Shown: piece by piece, positions 59,430 through 64,000 of the stretch | How positions within the stretch are numbered: the first letter of the stretch is position 1 | Layout: each line of letters begins with the position of its first letter | Assembly (NCBI GenBank): GCA_003154195.1 | Contig: PMCS01000006.1 | Span: 17,676-81,675, forward strand | Direction of reading: 5' to 3' | From: Candidatus Omnitrophota bacterium | Lineage (GTDB): Bacteria > Omnitrophota > Gorgyraeia > Duberdicusellales > 4484-171 | DNA length: 64,000 nt | Position numbers and translations under genes: made by a program | Notes under the pieces: model-generated | Database searches by the model: none | What the model was told of the DNA's origin: nothing | The model's input: the letters and a program-made list of their open reading frames with translations, nothing else

Positions 59430-59505
59430 TAATGAGACTTCGCCGATAATGAAACTTGCCCGGTACCCCGGGCTTAGTTGAATTATCCCCGCAAGGGGAT
59501 AGGCG
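59430..59505 (-). repeat. Composite palindromic element (CTCATTA family)
   Basis: taatgagacttcgccgataatgaaacttgcccggtaccccgggcttagttgaatt is the reverse complement of modules at 44435-44490 and 52040-52080. Confidence 0.8.
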
Positions 59506-59848
59506 AAGGGTGATGAGTTCGAAGTTTCACCAAATGCCCGACGGCATTACCGGCAGGCATTCTTTTGGTCAACATTATAATATATTACCTACCGGGTTGT
59601 AAATTGCAAGATTTATATTCAGAGTAACGGGATAGGAAAAATAATAGTGAAGCTTACGCATTTGCAAGCCGAAGGCGAGGCAAATGTCTCCATCTAAGCT
59701 ATCTCCGCAAGGGAATAGCGTGAATCAAGCCAATGTTTAATGCGGCACCTTGATTTTACATTTTGAATATGTTATACCTTAATAAGGGGTTTGTCTGTGC
59801 CCGCGCTTAGGAGCGAATAAACTCAATGATGGCAAGGGTATTTTCCGT

Positions 59849-62800
59849 ATGCTGGCCAAGAAAACCTGGTTCAAAATAATTAATCTTTGCCTGATTCCGA
59901 TATTTATCGGCTTACCGCTGTCCAGTGAAGCGGCGGCTGCTTCGGCAACGCTTTTGCCTGAACCGGGCGCGATGCTCGGCGTTTCCGCCCCTTTCCAGCC
60001 GGCGACGCTTAAAGGCGTGCGCCTTGACCCCAAAAACCCCTTGAATATCAGGTTTATTATCGACCCCGGTACGGCGGGTGAGGTTGTGCCGGCGGAAGCC
60101 TCGCGCCTGGTGCGGTATTTTTTAGCCGGACTTACCTTGCCCGAGGAAAGTTTATGGGTAAATTTGTCGTTGTATGAGCAGGATCGCGTTATTGATTCTG
60201 CCGTCGCGCAAACCGATTTAGGCCGCGATATGCTGGGCCAGGATTACGTGTTGAAACAATTTATCGCCTCGTTGACCCATCCGGATTCTCCGGTAGGCCG
60301 TGATTATTGGAAGCAAACCTATCAGGCGGCTGCCGAACGCTTCGGCGCGGCTAATGTGCCTTTAAATACCTTCAGCAAAGTCTGGATAACCCACGACCAG
60401 GCCGAAGTCTATGAATATAACGATACCGCGTTTATCAGCAAGGCGAGCTTGAAGGCAATGCTTGAGCAAGACTTGTTAGCGCTGGAGAAAAGCGTTAAGC
60501 CGGTTGGGACAGTTGAGCCGGTTGGGCCAGTTGTAGGGTTAAAATCTCCTAACCGGCACAACAGGCTAAACCGGCTCAACGGACACAACGCCTTAACTGT
60601 CAACAAAGTCGCCTTCGACGTAATGCGCGAGGTTATCGTTCCTGTGATCACGCGGGATATCAATGACGGCGCTAACTTTGCCGCCTTACGCCAGATCTAC
60701 CATTCGCTTATCCTTGCCAAATGGTTTAAAGAGAAATTTAAAGCGTCGTTTTATAAATATTATATCAATAACAAAAACCTTTCGGCGATCGACCTTAAAG
60801 ACCCCAGAGTTAAAGATAAGATTTACGGGCTGTACGCCGAGGCGTTTAAGAAAGGCCTCTACAGTATCATCAAAAAGGAGATCGACCCGGCGAGCAAGCG
60901 GCCGGTGCGCCGGCGTTACTTTTCCGGCGGTATTTCCAGTCCCGTACCGCGGCATCTTACGGTGATCCTCGCGGCTTCCAATCTGATAGAGAAGTTACAA
61001 GCAGAAACGCGTAAGTCGTTCCAAGCTGATGTAAATATTACCTCCGCGAGCCCCGCGGCAAGCCCAAGAGTAATGACCCCTGCTAGTGAAGCTAAAACTA
61101 TCCCCCGTCGGGAGGTAGCGCTCGACAAATTAGAATTGCCGGAATACCTGCGTGCGGCGTTTTTAGCGGAAAAAGATGACTATAATTTTTATTCAGCGCT
61201 AACGGCATTTCAAAACGCGAGGAGCGGCTCAGGGGGGGAGAAGTTAGCGGACATTATGGAAGATAGGAGCGGGCGATATGGCGGGTCGCAACGCCGTTCT
61301 GTTGAGCGTATCATCAGCGGCAGCGGCATGGCTATTGTTGCTTACGCCGAGGCCGCGCGCGACTATCGAGATGTTTTTGAATTGCTTGCGGATATGGCTT
61401 TATATTTCAAAAATAACAATGTTGAAGCTAATTCCTGGCGGAGTTCAGCTTATGCCGCCGCGGCTAAAAGAAATTTGCGCGAAGCTGTTCCGGAGATGCT
61501 CAGGATTATTCTTATTGAGGATAAGGGGATAGTTCATCCTTTGGTTCAAGAAGACATTATTATTGCCTTGGGCATGATGGGTATAAGAAAGAGGCCGGTA
61601 ATAAAGGCGCTTAAAAATGCCGCGGCAAGCCGGCAAATATGGAGGCACGATGCCGCAGTAAAAGCGTTGATTAGTTTAGGGATTCATACTGCCTCAAGTA
61701 CGGTTAATATCGACATTATCGCCGACAGGCTTAAGAAAGAGATAATACCTAAGTATATGAAGCCGTCGTTAAGCTCTAAGGATATGAAAGATTTAATTCT
61801 GGCATTCAGGGTTTTTCTGCGCGACACCTCGCCTGACGCGGCCGATTCATTTTTCCGGCGCGATGATGAAAATGGAAACGAATGGGATATATCTTTTATT
61901 CGCGACGGGACGCGCGCGGAAATAATATGCGGCTCATATTACGGAGCGAACGGTATAAGGCGCCGCGCGCGCATCTTTATCGATGGCGCGTTTACCGCGC
62001 CGGAGAAGGTTAATGCTCCGTTAGTTCTGCCGCTATATATGCTTGCGGTATTTTCAGCTAAAAAGGATAATCCTTTTTTTATTCCCGCTGTTCATGCGCT
62101 GCGACGGGCTCAGGGCGATCTCGCGTTAGCGGCGCCGATCCTCATCGATAGTAATCCCGCGATACCGACATTGGCCGCCATTGCCGCTATTATGGAAAAT
62201 AGGGGTCATCAATATAGTGAACTGGAGCGCCGTTCGATGGCGTCGGCCATTGGTGAAATCGATCCCGGGGGGATGTTTATCGGGATAGATAAAGTCATCG
62301 AGGCGTTATTTGCCGGCCTTAGCCAAGACGACCGGCTTTCCGGTTCGTATATTATCAAGGCGATCGGAGATTTTGTTTCTAAGGCCGACTCCCTGGTTAT
62401 TGAGCAATGCGCCCCTCGCCTGATAGCATCCGAAGGCGTTTTACCCGGTTCAACCGGAAATCGGAGATTTATCGCCGGCGCCTTAAGCAAATTCGGTGAA
62501 CGCGCGGCGTCGGCCGAAACGGAAAGGTATTTATATGATATGGCGGTTCAACCCCGGCGGCAGGCGCAAGGCGTTGCCGGAGGCGATAACTCCGGGGAGC
62601 GGGCTGAGGCAGTACTTGCTTACGCTAATGTAGTAAGGGGTCGTGCCAAAGTTTTTAAAATGCTTGAGCTAATGGCTACCAATATTTCCGATGACCATTC
62701 TTATGTTGCAAGGGCCCGGCGTTTAGCCTATGTGGTTGCCGCTAATAAAAATTTGCGCGAAATTATTCCCGCGATGCTTGACTTGCTTGAACACGCCAAT

Positions 62801-64000
62801 CCCGTAGTTCAGGAAGATGTTGTCCATGCTTTGGGTATGCTGCGCGTTTTAGAGATACCGGCGGAAACAAAAGATTTAATGATTGACGCGCTTACGAAGG
62901 CCGGGGGAAGGAGCCAAAGGTTACGTGAAATCGTCTTAATCGCGTTGAAAGAATTAGGCGTTAATGAGGCCAAAGTCAAAGAGCTTGGCGACGCAATAAC
63001 CGGCTGGGGCATTATTAGAGAAGGTATCATCAAAGAGGGGATACTGGGAAAATTCAGAGAATTTTTGCGTTCCGGCGAGCCGTCCGGCGAATACCGGCAT
63101 GCGGAAGGTAAAAAAACCTGGGCGGTGACTTTCCGGCGCAGGAAAGACAGCGATGACGAAGGCGGCAAGGATAAAGACGGGAAGAATGTGGAAATTTATT
63201 ATAGCTTTGTCGATGATGATGCGCGCGAAAAGAATAAAACCGGGGATTTCTATATCTATGGCGTATTTGTCGCGGCAAGCTCGGCGATAAAGGTCCAGGC
63301 AGAAGAGGTGACCGGCGCGGCCGTCGGTTTAAACGCGGCGGCAAGGCCGGCGGCAGATCTTCGGGCGTCGGAAACAAGGAACTCTTTATATAAATTTGGG
63401 AATTATGGCGACACCAATCATAGATTTCGCATAGTGTCCTCCGCGAGCCCCATGAAGCCGGTTTTAACCGTTTTAACTACACCTTTGACCACAGAGCAAG
63501 AAAAACGTAAAATAAAACTTGAAATAATCGGCGAAGTCATGCGCGATATGGCTAAGGGTTCCCGGTACGCGCATGTCGATACAATAATTGACGCCGCGGA
63601 CCCGATTTTTAGAAAACAACCGGTTCTGGGCCCAGATCCCGATGTGGTGCTGTTGCATGAGGATGATGTCTTTGATGCCGTGGATGAACTCAAGCTTAAA
63701 AGCTCATTCGTATCCCCCTGCTCAGTAAACTCCGAAGGTATGGTCAGCCTGCCGTTATTGAAAACAGAATCCAGTGTCAAAGAACGCGAATATTCGGAAG
63801 AATGGAGGCGTGTAACAACTGAGCACGATTGGAGAGAGGAACCTATCAGCGAAATCATGAGAGACGAACATTTAAACCCGCGGAGCATTCATAGGGCGCT
63901 CGCGGCGATGACCGCTGATCCCGATTATCGATACCGCGTTTATGTGCAAGGCGGATACGTGGTAAGCGAATCAAAAACTGAAAGCAATCGGGGTAAAGCA
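59849..64000 (+). CDS. Giant modular exported protein, 3'-truncated by window edge (at least 1384 codons)
   Basis: Translated by hand with no stop from ATG 59849 to 64000; signal peptide, then LPEPG..LKGVRLDPKNPL..YFLAGLTLPEESLWVNLS..RYFSGG domain, then variable modules. Confidence 0.9.
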   Translation, partial: MLAKKTWFKIINLCLIPIFIGLPLSSEAAAASATLLPEPGAMLGVSAPFQPATLKGVRLDPKNPLNIRFIIDPGTAGEVVPAEASRLVRYFLAGLTLPEESLWVNLSLYEQDRVIDSAVAQTDLGRDMLGQDYVLKQFIASLTHPDSPVGRDYWKQTYQAAAERFGAANVPLNTFSKVWITHDQAEVYEYNDTAFISKASLKAMLEQDLLALEKSVKPVGTVEPVGPVVGLKSPNRHNRLNRLNGHNALTVNKVAFDVMREVIVPVITRDINDGANFAALRQIYHSLILAKWFKEKFKASFYKYYINNKNLSAIDLKDPRVKDKIYGLYAEAFKKGLYSIIKKEIDPASKRPVRRRYFSGGISSPVPRHLTVILAASNLIEKLQAETRKSFQADVNITSASPAASPRVMTPASEAKTIPRREVALDKLELPEYLRAAFLAEKDDYNFYSALTAFQNARSGSGGEKLADIMEDRSGRYGGSQRRSVERIISGSGMAIVAYAEAARDYRDVFELLADMALYFKNNNVEANSWRSSAYAAAAKRNLREAVPEMLRIILIEDKGIVHPLVQEDIIIALGMMGIRKRPVIKALKNAAASRQIWRHDAAVKALISLGIHTASSTVNIDIIADRLKKEIIPKYMKPSLSSKDMKDLILAFRVFLRDTSPDAADSFFRRDDENGNEWDISFIRDGTRAEIICGSYYGANGIRRRARIFIDGAFTAPEKVNAPLVLPLYMLAVFSAKKDNPFFIPAVHALRRAQGDLALAAPILIDSNPAIPTLAAIAAIMENRGHQYSELERRSMASAIGEIDPGGMFIGIDKVIEALFAGLSQDDRLSGSYIIKAIGDFVSKADSLVIEQCAPRLIASEGVLPGSTGNRRFIAGALSKFGERAASAETERYLYDMAVQPRRQAQGVAGGDNSGERAEAVLAYANVVRGRAKVFKMLELMATNISDDHSYVARARRLAYVVAANKNLREIIPAMLDLLEHANPVVQEDVVHALGMLRVLEIPAETKDLMIDALTKAGGRSQRLREIVLIALKELGVNEAKVKELGDAITGWGIIREGIIKEGILGKFREFLRSGEPSGEYRHAEGKKTWAVTFRRRKDSDDEGGKDKDGKNVEIYYSFVDDDAREKNKTGDFYIYGVFVAASSAIKVQAEEVTGAAVGLNAAARPAADLRASETRNSLYKFGNYGDTNHRFRIVSSASPMKPVLTVLTTPLTTEQEKRKIKLEIIGEVMRDMAKGSRYAHVDTIIDAADPIFRKQPVLGPDPDVVLLHEDDVFDAVDELKLKSSFVSPCSVNSEGMVSLPLLKTESSVKEREYSEEWRRVTTEHDWREEPISEIMRDEHLNPRSIHRALAAMTADPDYRYRVYVQGGYVVSESKTESNRGKA

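Noticed and set aside
59779-63888. Many short ORFs listed in the track for this region
   Set aside because: They are shadows of the single long plus-strand frame starting at 59849

Overview
Bacterial chromosome segment. The gene content and the giant-protein signature suggest Candidatus Omnitrophota (inference from recalled family motifs, not a database search). The housekeeping backbone comprises ruvA, scpB, metK, ahcY, pfkA, a class II aldolase-like gene, ilvD, mreBCD-mrdA-rodA, a radical SAM pair, polyamine genes (SpeD-like, CASDH, CASDC), a hydrogenase-4-like Ehr operon lacking nickel ligands, tRNA-Thr(CGU), purN, purU, POR genes and a SurA/PpiD-like gene. Main points: (1) an 11-cassette integron array (14882-22135) with no integrase in the window; it holds a REP-flanked RAYT HUH transposase as a cassette, three related ORF-less cassettes progressively invaded by palindromes, and a terminal toxin-antitoxin cassette with a mutated core site; (2) a giant modular secreted ORF (59849 to beyond 64000, absent from the ORF track) punctuated by S-S/A-S-P linkers, plus a detached degenerate-Fic C-terminal module at 53-54 kb; (3) a tandem double FtsH next to two SPFH genes; (4) several dispersed palindromic repeat families with positional bias toward start or stop codons; (5) an aldolase that has lost two metal-binding histidines. 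All coordinates were read by eye and may be off by a few bases.
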